DNA of 64,000 nt from Hydrurus foetidus (Eukaryota): positions 1 through 64,000 of the forward strand of contig UYFQ01000852.1 in NCBI GenBank assembly GCA_900617105.1, in the 5' to 3' direction. The translations under genes and the position numbers were made by a program. Numbering within the stretch: the first letter of the stretch is position 1; each line of letters starts with the position of its first letter. Positions 24,101 through 34,793 of the stretch are shown here, one piece after another. The notes below the pieces were generated by a model, which was not told the origin of the DNA, did not search any database, and saw only the letters and a program-made list of their open reading frames with translations.

Positions 24101-25433
24101 CCGGATCGCCGAGAGCCAGCAGGCTCTGAGGTTCATGCGTCACCAGGAGTCGACGGACATCGGCGTCCCAGAGCGCGAGCCAGGCCGCGATCGGCCGCAT
24201 ACTCGGCAAGACGACCGTCTGACCGTACAGCCTGGAGACCAGAAGCCGCATCAGAGCCTTCGTCGACATGCCAGCCTGACGCAGCCGGTGGATCCGCCGC
24301 GCCGCCAGATACTGCTGGACGGATTGATGATGGAAACGGACCCGGCTGTAGGTCGCCGGATCAAACAGTCCGCGGCGCAGGAGCGCGCCCGTGCCTTACG
24401 GGTCCACGAAGGCAGGATGGGTGCCGGGGCAAGAACACCCTTCGTCATCGGCGCGTCGGGTGCGCCGAGGTCTGCGACCGCGTAAGCGTCATGGCCAGGC
24501 CAGCCGCTCGGCCCCGTCGCCAGCAACATTCTCGCTCAGTATGTCGCTGTCGGGCCGATTACTGGGCTCCTTGAGCTTCTGGGCGATGTTGGACCTGTGC
24601 TGGTCCTGCCGAGACCCTAGCTCCATTCGTGGTCCAGTTCGCGACGAGATCGATCAGGTCCATGGGCCGGCGAGCGAAGTCCCAGGCGCGATGCTCGTCC
24701 AACGCACTTACGAACGGGGCCGGGTCCCGAGCCCTCACCGCGAGCGAATGCCGAGACCCGGTCACGATCGAGAGGCGTGAGAGCGACGGCGACGAATTTG
24801 GTCTCCGATGAGGACGTCTCCTGGTCATCAGGTCGGAGAGATTGCCCCATCCCCGTTTCCGCCCTGATCGCCGCGATGAGCGCCTCGTCCGGTCAGGGGC
24901 GGACGGCATCGGGTGCAGGCTCGAAGTTCGGCAAGAAATGTTTCCTGTCCTCCTTGGCGCGCCAGTCCAGCGGGCGGCTGCTTACGATGATCCGCGCCCG
25001 GTGGGCTGAACCCGAGATCGATTTCGCCAGACGACGCAGGGCCCTCTGGCGACGCCTCAGTCAGCTTCAGCTCATCGACTGCATCCAGAAAGAACCAGCC
25101 CGTCGCGTGGCCGTCGGCAAGCCAGGCTGCCAAGGCGGTTTCATCGGCAGACGACAGGACGGCGCTCAGCGGTTCGCGATCAAGCGCCTCCAACGGGCAA
25201 ACACCGCGAACCGGCCCTCCGTCATCAGCTCGGCGGCCTTGGCGCGCAGTTCTCTGGTCTTGCCCGAACCCGCTTCCGCCAGCAGGCAGACGCGGGCATG
25301 GCGCAGGAGCGTGTCCCAACCACGGCGCCAGATCCGCTGTATTGCTCGAACCGGGCCGACAGAGCCTCGGGTCGCGAGAGATCGTCCTCGACAGCAGATC
25401 GAAGCGCCGGTTCAGAACCACATAGTCGTTCAC
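21166..25433 (-). CDS. NACHT/STAND-like P-loop ATPase (about 1400 aa) with C-terminal PD-(D/E)xK nuclease-like domain
   Basis: Walker A VCLLAEAGSGKTREL (about 25250-25295), Walker B GWFFLDAVDELKL, (I)IVSSRP sensor, FARRPMDL, long helical region, C-terminal QESEVIEAKRTDLRL...AVIEIK...QLQGQYL. Confidence 0.8.
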
Positions 25434-25624
25434 GGTGTCGGCAATCCCATCACGCGGCGCGCTCAGGGCGAGCATGCGCATCAATCCGGTGCCCAGATCA
25501 ACACGCATTCCGCGTTTCACACGGCATTCATCCGAATGCCGCTCGGATTTCGCGCCTGAAGGTCGACCGCTTGGCCAGCGTCGGCGCCGCCAGTCCACTT
25601 AAAAGACCTGCGGCTGAAAAGAGA

Positions 25625-25639
25625 GAACATTAAGGGAAC
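25625..25639 (+). promoter_or_regulatory. LexA box immediately upstream of dnaE2
   Basis: GAAC-ATTAAGG-GAAC, 3 nt before ATG 25643. Confidence 0.85.
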
Positions 25640-25642
25640 ATC

Positions 25643-28600
25643 ATGCCGGACGCTTCTCTTCGTTACGTTGAACTTCAGGCCACCTCGCACTTCTCCTTCC
25701 TGCGCGGAGCGAGCAGCTGCGAGGAGCTGTTCAGCCAGGCCAACGTCTGCGGCATCGAGGCTTGGCGATCGTAGACCGGAACTCGGTCGCGGGAATCGTC
25801 CGGGCCTGGGAAGCGTCAAAGGCCACTGAGGTTCGGTTGATCGTCGGATGCAGACTGGACCTGATCGATGGGACAGGGTTGCTGGTCTACCCGACCGACC
25901 GGAGCGCTATTCCCGCCTTTGCCGGCTTCTGTCCGTCGGGAAACGGCGCGCCGGCAAGGCCAGATGTAACATCGACTGGTCGGACGTCGCCGACCACGCC
26001 GCAGGCTTGATCGGGGTCCTCGTGCCGAACGAGGCCGACGCCGTTTGCGCCGCCAATCTTCGCAGGCTCCACGCGACCTTTGCGGCGGGAGCCTATCTGG
26101 CCCTGAGCCTGAGGCGACGTCCCGGCGACGCGCTTCGACTTCACGACCTGTCCAACCTGGCCGTCCAGGCCGGTGTGCCCACGGTCGTGACCAACGACGT
26201 CCTCTTCCATCACCCGCAACGACGGCTCCTGCAGGACGTCGTGACCTGCGTCCGGCACGGCTGCACGATCGACGAACTGGGCTTCCGCCGGGAGCGCCAT
26301 GCGGACCGGCATCTCAAACCGGCCGGGGAGATGCACCGGCTGTTTCGAAATATCCCGAGGCGCTGGCCCGGACCCTGGAGATCGCCGATCGCTGCCGGTT
26401 CTCTCAAGGAACTCGAGTACCAGTATCCCGACGAGGTCTCGGCTTCGAGATGACAGCGCAGCAGACGCTGGAACAGCTGACTTGGGAAGGCGCGGCCTGG
26501 CGTTACCCGGAGGGTTTGCCTGACAAGGTCGTCGCCATTCTTCGACACGAACTCGGCCTGATCGAGCGGCTCGAATACGCGCCCTACTTTCTCACCGTGA
26601 ATCTGATCGTCCGCTTCGCCCGCAGCCGCGACATCCTGTGTCAAGCCGGGGCTCGGCCGCCAACTCGGCCGTCTGTTATGTGCTCGGCATCACCTCGATC
26701 GACCCGGAACGTAACGATCTGCTGTTCGAACGCTTCGTCTCCGAGGAGCGCCGCGAACCCCCGACATCGACGTCGACTTCGAACACGAGCGGCGCGAGAT
26801 CGTCATGCAGTGGGTGTTCGACACCTATGGCCGCGACCACGCCGCCCTCTGTTCAGTCGTCATCCGCTACCGCGCCAAGGCCGCCATCCGCGATGTCGGC
26901 AAGGCGCTCGGCCTGCCGGAGGACCTGACCAAGGCCCTGTCCTCCCAGATTTGGCACTGGTCCAAGGAAGGCGTCGAGGACAAGCACCTCAAGGATTTGA
27001 ACCTCAACCTCGAAGACCGCCGTCTGCGGCTGACGCTGGACTTGGCACAACAGCTTCAGGGCGCGCCGCGCCATCTCTCGCAGCACCCCGGCGGCTTCGT
27101 CCTGACCCGTGACCGGCTCGACGATCTCGTTCCGATCGAGCCGGCGGCGATGAAGGACCGCCAGGTCATCGAATGGGACAAGGACGACATCGACGCCCTG
27201 AAGTTCATGAAGGTCGATTGCCTGGCGCTGGGGATGATGAGCTGCATGAAGCGGGCCTCGACCTGCTTCGCGACCACAAGGGGATCGACCTCGACCTGGC
27301 GACCATCCCGGCGGAGGACCCGCGCACCTATGCGATGATCCGCAAGGCCGACACTCTCGGCGTCTTCCAGATCGAGAGCCGGGCCCAGATGGCCATGCTC
27401 CCGCGCATCAAGCCCGCACTTTCTACGATCTGGTCATCGAGGTGGCGATCGTCCGACCCGGCCCGATCCAGGGCGACATGGTCCATCCCTATCTGCGTCG
27501 CCGGGAAGGCAAGGAGCCGGTCATCTATCCCAAGCCCGAACTGGAGAAGGTGCTGGGCAAGACGCTGGGCGTGCCCCTGTTCCAGGAGCAGGCCATGCGC
27601 GTCGCCATCGAATGCGCGGGCTTCACCGCCACCGAGGCCGACCAGCTGCGCCGCGCCATGGCGACCTTCACCCACCGGCGGGTCAGCCATTTTCAGGCCA
27701 AGCTGGTCGGCGGCATGGTCGAGCGCGGCTACACTCAGAGTTCGCCGAGAAGACCTTCAGCCAGCTGGAGGGCTTCGGCCCTACGGCTTCCCCGAGAGCC
27801 ACGCCGCCTCCTTCGCCCTGATCGCCTACGCCTCGTCCTGGCCTCAAATGCTGGCACCCCGACGTCTTCTGCGCCGCCCTGCTCAACGCCCAGCCCATGG
27901 GCTTCTACGCCCCGGCCCAGATCGTCCGCGACGCCCAGGAACACGGCGTGAAGATCCGCCCGCCTGCATCAACGCCTCGCGCTGGGACTGCAGTCTGGAG
28001 CCGACGGATCACCCTGAGCAGCCTCGCCGTTCGCTTGGGCCTGCGCATGATCTCAGGGCTCGCCAACGTCGATGGTGCGAAGATCGTCGGCGCCGCGCGA
28101 CGAGCTGTTCGCCCGGTCGATGACGTCTGGCGACGTGCCGGTATCCCGCCGCCAGCCCGTGAAGATCGCCGAGGCCGACGGTTTCGCGCCTCGCTCGGCC
28201 TTGCCCGCCGTGAAGCGCTTTGGGCCATCAAGGCTCCGGATGAACCGCTTCCTCTCGCGGCCGCCAGCTTGCGGGAGCAGCAGATCGTGCCGGAGACGGA
28301 CGAACCCGAGGTCGAACTCAAGCCGATGACCGACGGCGGGAGGTGGTCGAGGACTACAGCCACATCGGTCTCACCTTGAGGGACCACCCGCTGACCTTCC
28401 TCCGGCAAGACCTCGGACGCCAGACGTACGAGACCTGCGCCCAGGCCGGGGCGCCTGCGACCTGAAGTTCGTCCGTGTCGCTGGTATCGTCCCGTCCGCC
28501 AGAAGCCGGGGTCAGCCAAGGGCGTCATGTTCATCACTCTTGAGGACGAGACGGGTATCGCCAACCTGGTGATCTGGCCCAAGCTGTATGAGGAAAACCG

Positions 28601-28886
28601 CCGCACCGTTCTCGGCGCCCATGCTCGGCGTCCACGGCCGTATCCAGCGCGAGGGCGAGGTCGTCCACCTGGTCGCGTACAAGCTGTTCGACCTGTCGGA
28701 ACAACTGGCCAGCGTCGGCGGCCGGGACGCGCCGCTCAAGTCTGCCAGGGTCGGGGCGACGAGTTCGCCCACGGCTGGTCGCCCGACGCGCGCGATGCGC
28801 CGCCCAAGGGCATGGCGGCGCGGGACATCTATATCCCCGACCTCCACATCGACGCCATCAAGCCGAAAACACGGGATTTCCGGTAG
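25643..28886 (+). CDS. dnaE2: Error-prone DNA polymerase DnaE2 (ImuC)
   Basis: [103 protein letters not shown]; ends KTRDFR*. Confidence 0.96.
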
Positions 28887-28894
28887 AACACCGA

Positions 28895-28943
28895 TTGACA
28901 ACTACGACATTTCGTCGTACCGAATATACGACGAAATGTCGTA
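28895..28943 (+). promoter_or_regulatory. TTGACA promoter element followed by a perfect 17-bp inverted repeat (double operator)
   Basis: TTGACA at 28895-28900; TACGACATTTCGTCGTA (28903-28919), 7-nt spacer, TACGACGAAATGTCGTA (28927-28943); each arm is itself TACGAC-N5-GTCGTA. Confidence 0.75.
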
Positions 28944-28958
28944 TTGCGGAGACTGGTT

Positions 28959-29438
28959 ATGGCGTCTGCGGATAGTGACTCGGCTCGTCTGAGAGAGAGC
29001 CTGGAGAGCTGAAGCTCAACCAGAGCGCATTTGCAGGTGTGATGAGTGAGCTTGGGACAGCCGGGAGATGAAGACGATCCTGAGGAGCATTCAGCGCATG
29101 GCGGGGATGAGGCCCGCCTGTCGGGAGAGATGCACGTCATTCTGACCTTACTGAAGCGAGAGCAGTCCCGTGCGCGGCGCATGATGGCCGCCGCGACCTG
29201 GGTGGGCGAGGGTCAGCGCCAGTCGACCGAAATCCAGGGCGTGCGCGTGACGATCAATCCCGAAACGAAGGGCAGGTGGAGCATCTATGCGACCCACGTC
29301 GCCGAGGGGTCGAACGGCTACTCACCCGAAATCCCGCATTGGCGGAACAGTGAGGAGGACGCGAAACTGCGCGCCGTACTGGCCGTCGATGAGACCCTCG
29401 ACGACCTCGAGCTGATCGCAGACCAGGCGGCGGCCTGA
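28959..29438 (+). CDS. Putative HTH DNA-binding protein
   Basis: Joined frames: ARLRESLE.LKLNQSAFAGVMSELG...TILRSIQRMA..EARLSGEMHVILTLL, an XRE-like N-terminus, plus a beta-rich C-terminal domain. Confidence 0.55.
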
Positions 29439-29459
29439 CCAGGAGGGCGGGAACAGATC

Positions 29460-29972
29460 ATGGCGGCGGCTCCGAACCCGAAGAACGCAAATCTGAAAGC
29501 GCCGACACGCGAGGATTACGAAGCGTTCGACGGCGCCATTGCCGCACGTTGTACCAAAGTCTCGCCGACGATTGGCGCTGCCCCGGCTGCAGGCGAAGCA
29601 AGTTCGAAGTGCTGCGCTGGACTCTTCGCTTTCCGCACAGCCCGGTCGCTTCTGGGGTGGGCCGGCGGATATCACCGCCACCACGACCACAGCGTTGATG
29701 ACGTCCGCTACAGGCTCGCTCCGGCGGACGGCCGTGTCGAAAGGTTCGTGGAAACCGTCCTTTGCGAGCAGTGCAATGTGGCTGACGGAACAGCGAAGAA
29801 GAAGCTCGGCCTCCCGAGCTCGTTCTCCTTCGCCCCCGATGAAATCCGCCAGTTCGTCACCGCCGTCGCCCACGGGTTCCACGCCATCGACTATCAGACG
29901 GCGCAGGCGCTCTACGATGAAGCTCAACGGTCAGTCGTGGCGCACCGAAACAGCGCGATACGCTTCTGGTAG
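29460..29972 (+). CDS. Putative zinc-binding HNH/EndoVII-like protein
   Basis: WRCPGCRRSKFE (third frame, about 29573-29608) ... HRHHDH ... VLCEQCNVADG gives a CxxC-HHDH-CxxCN arrangement. Confidence 0.55.
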   Translation: MAAAPNPKNANLKAPTREDYEAFDGAIAARCTKVSPTIGAAPAAGEASSKCCAGLFAFRTARSLLGWAGGYHRHHDHSVDDVRYRLAPADGRVERFVETVLCEQCNVADGTAKKKLGLPSSFSFAPDEIRQFVTAVAHGFHAIDYQTAQALYDEAQRSVVAHRNSAIRFW

Positions 29973-30294
29973 GGTTTCGGCCCGGACTTCGCTGGCGCTT
30001 GATCTCGGGGACAACCTTGAACCGTAGTTAGGTCGTCGCGCGATCGCGCTTGCTTGCCATCCCCGTCCGATAAGGGGACATTGACGCGTCCGCTCGGCTG
30101 GCCGCCGCTATGTCCAGGCTTCCGCTAAAGGCGTCGGCGCACCCGATCTCAGGTGTTCTCAACCGTCCGGCGGACACCCTTCCCTCATGGCGCTACCGGG
30201 TCTGCGATGGGCTTCGGTTGAGTGATTTGAGGCGCGGATGCAAACCCGAGACAGTCAGTTTGATCGATCAGGCGAACCGCGAGACGCGCGTGCG

Positions 30295-31213
30295 GGCCCG
30301 TGCGCGCTGATCGACCACCTGCCGCATCGCCAGCAGCACGAGCTCGAGCGGATCCGCACAACCCTGCTGACCGAGTTCGAGGCCGCCATCAATAGCGGTG
30401 GGGCGGCACCCAATCCTGGCGTCGCGACGGCAAGGTGCTCAAGATCATCCTGTTCGATCGTATGCGCGCACCGACTGGGTCGACGAGCCGGACAACGGCT
30501 ATCTTCGACTTCGATTCGTTGGTGATCGTCAGCCACGAGAAGCTGACGAACATCCACGACTACTGGTTCGTCGCCGAGGACAAGATCCTGCGCGACCCTG
30601 CCGTCGGGCGGACACTCAATGTCATCGTTCACACCATGACTGAGGTGAACCAGGCCCTCGGCCGCGGCGAGTACCTCTGGACCGACATCATCCGCGACGG
30701 AATCGTTCTCACGAACTGCCGGGCTTCCTGTCTCGCGCGGCCGCAGCCGATGACCGTGAACGACGCGGTGGAAATGGCGCGGCGGTACTACGAGACCAAA
30801 CGGGCCGACTTAGAGGTCTGGTTGGCAACAGCCTCTCACCTGCTGTCGCAGGAGACGACCCTCGCGGCGGAGGAACGCCGCGTTCCAGCTTCATCAAGCG
30901 GTCGAGGCTGCCTACATTGCCGTCCTACTCGTCCACACATTCTATTTTCCCCGCTCACAACATCAAGTTCCTGAGGTCTCTTGCCGAGGACGTGGATCAG
31001 CCTGACGGCCGCCTGGCCCCGGGCGGGGCCGGCCAGAGCGGCGGCGTTTCGAGATGCTGAAGGGCCTACGTCGAGGCGCGGTACGGCGATCAGTACGACA
31101 TCAGCATTGAGGACCTCGAGGCGCTCTCGGCCTCGGCGAAAACACTCTCTGGCCTGGTCGCGTCAGTCTGCGAGGAACGACTGGCGAGCCTGGCATCGGA
31201 GCTCGAAGGCTAG
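30295..31213 (+). CDS. Fused nucleotidyltransferase (MNT)-HEPN domain protein
   Basis: IDHLPHRQQHELERI; KIILF.SYAR.DWVDEPDNGY..DFD.LVIV; EVNQALGRGEY..DIIRDGI; AAFQLHQAVEAAY; HNIKFLRSLAE; AYVEARY. Start approximate. Confidence 0.85.
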
Positions 31214-31690
31214 GGCGTCGACTGCCTGTTCCGCTTCAGACGTTCAATGAGCTCTGGCGGCCAGAAGATGTTGTCGAAGGCGGCTGTGACCTGGTCGAGC
31301 GTGGCCTGGGTGATAGCGATACGACCGACAGAGCCGTCACGGCGACTGCTGCAGAACAGATCCCCTTCGAAGAAGGTGTTCACAATCAGCCCGCCGGTCA
31401 GTTCCAGCACTCGCTCGTCGATGTGCTCGGCGGTATCGCGCAGCTTCCGGTCGACGACGGATCGTATCACCCTGAGCGCTTGTTCCGCCCGGTAGAGCAT
31501 CGCCGGACGGGAGGCCCTCCAGTCTCATCAGGGTCATGATGCAGTTTTCGACGATGACCAGATTGACAGAAAGGCCTGGGCGCCGATGACACCCCGTCGC
31601 GAAAGCGCGCCGCCCTGGCTCCTTCCATCCGCAGCCCCTCTACGATAAAGGTTTCGGCCTCCGAGACGTCGTAGACTTCCGGCTTCCGCT
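31210..31690 (-). CDS. Hypothetical protein
   Basis: Protein-like pieces EVYDVSEAETFIVEGLRM and LYRAEQALRVIRSVVDRKL...FDNIFWPPELIERL; boundaries uncertain. Confidence 0.45.
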
Positions 31691-31809
31691 CGTTAGAGAG
31701 ACCCAGAGCATCAGCGGCGACCCAAGGGCGGACTGGGCGGCTGCGCTGATCTGAAGACCCGGGTCTCAAGATCGGCGGGAGGGCCTGAAAGCCTCGGCGG
31801 CCGCGGCGC

Positions 31810-32059
31810 CATTCGTCCCCTCCGCACGGCTGAAGGCGACACGGCCTCCGCTTGAAGCCGGGCGTGATAGCCGGCTTCGAGCCAGGCCTGTCGCTGGACC
31901 GCCTGACCGATGGCTCCCTCGTCAGAGTTCGCCCACCACTCCGGGCGACCGGCGCTGGGCAGCAGGTAGCCGATGAGGTTTCGATCTCCGGAAGCTCAGC
32001 TCCAAGGCATCGGCCTTCTGGCGTTTGGAGATAGATCGGAGCGGGTCGTATTTGGCCAT
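31810..32059 (-). CDS. Small hypothetical protein (SFxEIExLIG/WWAN/AWLxAG type)
   Basis: Not in the ORF track; joined frames give MAKYDPLRS...ELSF.EIE.LIGYLLPSAGRPEWWANSD...QRQAWLEAGY. Confidence 0.6.
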
Positions 32060-32119
32060 CGAGCCGAAGTTCCGCGCAGCTGCGGCTTAAAATCAACATG
32101 CGCATTGTCACGCTTCGCG

Positions 32120-33159
32120 AGCACGCGCGGCGGGATTGAGCTCGTACCGCTGGACTTCGGCCCGTGTAGCCCGGAGGCCGCCGGCTCGAAGCCAACCCTT
32201 GCGGCGGAGCTCGGCGGATCGGAGAGTACGCATCAGATAAGCGACGGTGATCGGGCTCTTGCCGAGGTCGAAGAGCCGGTAACAGATCTCGCCGCCGCGC
32301 GCCGTCAGGTGGCCGGTGGGGGAATGTAGTCGTCGCGAAAGGTCCGACCGGTCGTCGGTTGGGAGGAAACCCCGGTGCGAGATCCCCGACCAATTCCTGT
32401 TCCGCGAAGGTCCAGTTCCGCATTGATAGCGCGCGACCGCTGGTCCTCGGCCTCGACGAGCTTCCGGATTGTCCCGTCCAGCCGCTCCAGCTCGTTCTCA
32501 TAAACCTGCTCAGCCAGTTCGAAGACGATCCGGTCCATCGACAGATAGGTGATAAGCTTCCCGCGCGCGCCGCCCAGGGTCTTGTAGTAGCGGCGCAGAC
32601 GGTCCAGGCCTCGGCCTTGTAGACCGGCCTTGAAGGACAGGCTGTCGGTGTTCCAGCTCGTCCGGGTGACGTCCGACATGACGTGATGGATGCGATGGGC
32701 GATGTCGTTACGGTACTTTATCAGGGTCTGCAGCTCGTTGGCTTCGGCCTGCGAGAACAGGCCGATTGAATTGCATAAGTGAAGGCCTGCCTCATTTGAG
32801 GACCTTGGCTGTACTCGCTCGCCAACGCCTGCTGCAGCGCTTCGGCGTCCTCGACGCTGACCAGTTTGCGGGTCTCGCCGTCCAGCAGGACACGGGACAG
32901 GAGCTTGGTGAGGCGCAACTCTTCCAGCGGCTCCCAGAAGGGCGCGTCCGCGCCTCTTGGCGCGCGGATAGACGTTCGAAACCATGAAGTCGCGCACTCG
33001 ATCCGCGTAGAAGAGATAGAGCGTCACCTCGACGGCGCGATAGCGCAGGATGTTTCGCTCGAGGGCGGAGGCCCGTCCTCCGCGCGGGTCGTCGTATCGA
33101 CTGGCCGGCGAGGTGTGGGGCCGCTGAGGGCCGCGATAATCTTTGGTGAAACCCGGCAT
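32120..33159 (-). CDS. Hypothetical protein with HEPN-like Rx4H motif and C-terminal HTH-like segment
   Basis: LERNILRYRAVEVTLYLFYA; ELQTLIKYRNDIAHRIH; then GHLTARGGEICYRLFDLGKSPITVAYLM in a shifted frame. 3' end approximate. Confidence 0.6.
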
Positions 33160-33331
33160 GGGGAGAAATCCTTGACGCCGGGGCGTTCAGCCGGGGCGTG
33201 ACCTAGCGTATGGCCGGCGTGCCGGCGGCGGGCCCGATGATCGGGCGTCTGGGCTGAGGTCTCAGTCGCATGAGTTGACTGTCGCACATCGCTGCGATTC
33301 CCGCGAGAGGCCAGGATTCCGGACCGTTGGC

Positions 33332-33715
33332 CTAGAAGTCGAAGCCGAGCTGACCTTCCGCCACCCGGTTGCGGGCGCGCCGAACGGGTCGGACGGGGAG
33401 AGGCGGGCTCCGGAGGGGCAGACTCCACGGGCCGTGAGGGCGCCGCCGCGAACGGGAGGACAGGGCATTCGGGCGGACGCGTCTTCAGGGCTTTGGTCGG
33501 CGGCTTCGGGGCGACGGGCGGGGTTACGACCAGACCACGGGACCCGTTCCAGGCGGCGATGTCACGCTCGCGCCAGGCGACCCGGCCAGAGAGATCGGCA
33601 CCGGATGCGGGAAGTCACCCGCGCCGAAGACGCCAGGCCGTGTCCGTCCAAGGCCTGTGATGTCCTGGACCTTGCGCCACGGTAGGAACTGGTCGAGGCC
33701 GCCCTCATGGACCAT
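33332..33715 (-). CDS. AlpA-family regulator/excisionase with Pro-rich tail
   Basis: FLPWRKVQDITGLGRT.AWRL...GDFPHPVPIS.GRVAWRERDIAAW. Confidence 0.8.
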
Positions 33716-33888
33716 GGCGCCGCTCCAGCCCCGGCGGCGCGATCGTCCATCACGGCGGAGAGGACCGCGGCGTCATTGGCGGCGTCGACCGGGTCGCGGC
33801 CGAGCCAGACCAGAAGCACCGCCTGAGCGGGTAGCTGACCGCCGGATCGTCCAGCAGGTCCTCGAGGGTCGGGCGGTCAGCGCGCATG
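33706..33888 (-). CDS. Small hypothetical element-backbone protein
   Basis: MRADRPTLEDLLDDPAVSYPL...VWLGRDPVDAANDAAVL. Confidence 0.55.
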
Positions 33889-34180
33889 GGGACCTCCTGT
33901 CGGCGGGATTCCGCCTTAGCCGCTGGCGCTCGCTGGATGACGCGACCGGGGCCGTGATCTGCGCCTCGGCCCAGGCCGTCAGCAGGTCCAGGGGATAGTA
34001 GGGCTTGTTCCGGATGTGGCGACAGGGCGGACCGCCCGAACCCGCTGAGTAGGCGCGGGCCAGGGTCGTCGCCTCATGCGGATGCCCTTTGCGCTCCAGG
34101 AAGGCCGAAGCTCCGCCCGGGTAAGGTGATCCTCCAGGGGACAGGGCGGTCGGCGCCAGTTCGTGCGGCTCAGGCGTCAT
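33885..34180 (-). CDS. Excisionase-like small DNA-binding protein
   Basis: ASAFLERKG...TTLARAYSAGSGGPPCRHIRNKPYYPLDLLTAWAE resembles the GxGP...YxxxDLxxW pattern of HTH_17/Xis-like proteins. Confidence 0.55.
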
Positions 34181-34792
34181 CGCCCCGCCTCGGCGCGACA
34201 CACGCGCGACGACCGACACCCCTGCCGGCCGTGAGGGCGAGGTAACAGTCCACCACGGCCGCGACGTAGTTCCGGTCTCCGTGATGTCGGGGATGCGCCC
34301 AAGGCGGGCAACGCGATCCGGGCCTGAGTTATGGCGGCGAGCGCCAACCTGACGTCGCCGAACCGCAGCATCTGCCGGGCCAGATAGTCCGCCCCGCCGC
34401 GAAGGTTCTCGAGGGGGTCGAAGCGATCTCTCACGCCGAGGTCTCGGGCCGTTCCCGGCATCAACTGGGTCAGACCACATGCCCCGACCGGTGAACAGGC
34501 CTCGACCCTGTAGGCGCTCTCGACGATAACGAGGGCGTGCAGTTTTGGGGTCGAGGCCGTGGCGTTCGGCGGCTTCGGCGATCGCCAGTCCGTAGGGTTG
34601 CTCGGGTGAGCCGAGACGGGCGAACGCCGCCAGCGCGCCGTCGCTCGAAGCCGTCGTCGTGGGTTGGGGCCACGCCGGCGAACAGACAGCGCCGGCGCGG
34701 CGCCAGTCGATGGGGGTCTGCGCGTCGGCGGACTGGCCGGGAACAGCAGGCCAGAGCCGTCGCCACAGCCGCGGGCCGATGAACTTCACCAT
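34177..34792 (-). CDS. Lytic transglycosylase (VirB1-like)
   Basis: IAEAAERHGLDPK; IVESAY; GLTQLMPGTARDLGVRDRFDPLENLRGGADYL; ALAA.NSGP. Confidence 0.88.
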
Positions 34793-34793
34793 G

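Noticed and set aside
28886..28900. Possible third LexA box (GAAC-ACCGATT-GACA) after dnaE2
   Set aside because: The second half-site does not match GAAC; better read as the TTGACA -35 element.
28903..28943. CRISPR repeat or IS terminal repeat interpretation of the 17-bp inverted repeat
   Set aside because: Only one inverted pair, no spacer array, no cas gene or transposase nearby.
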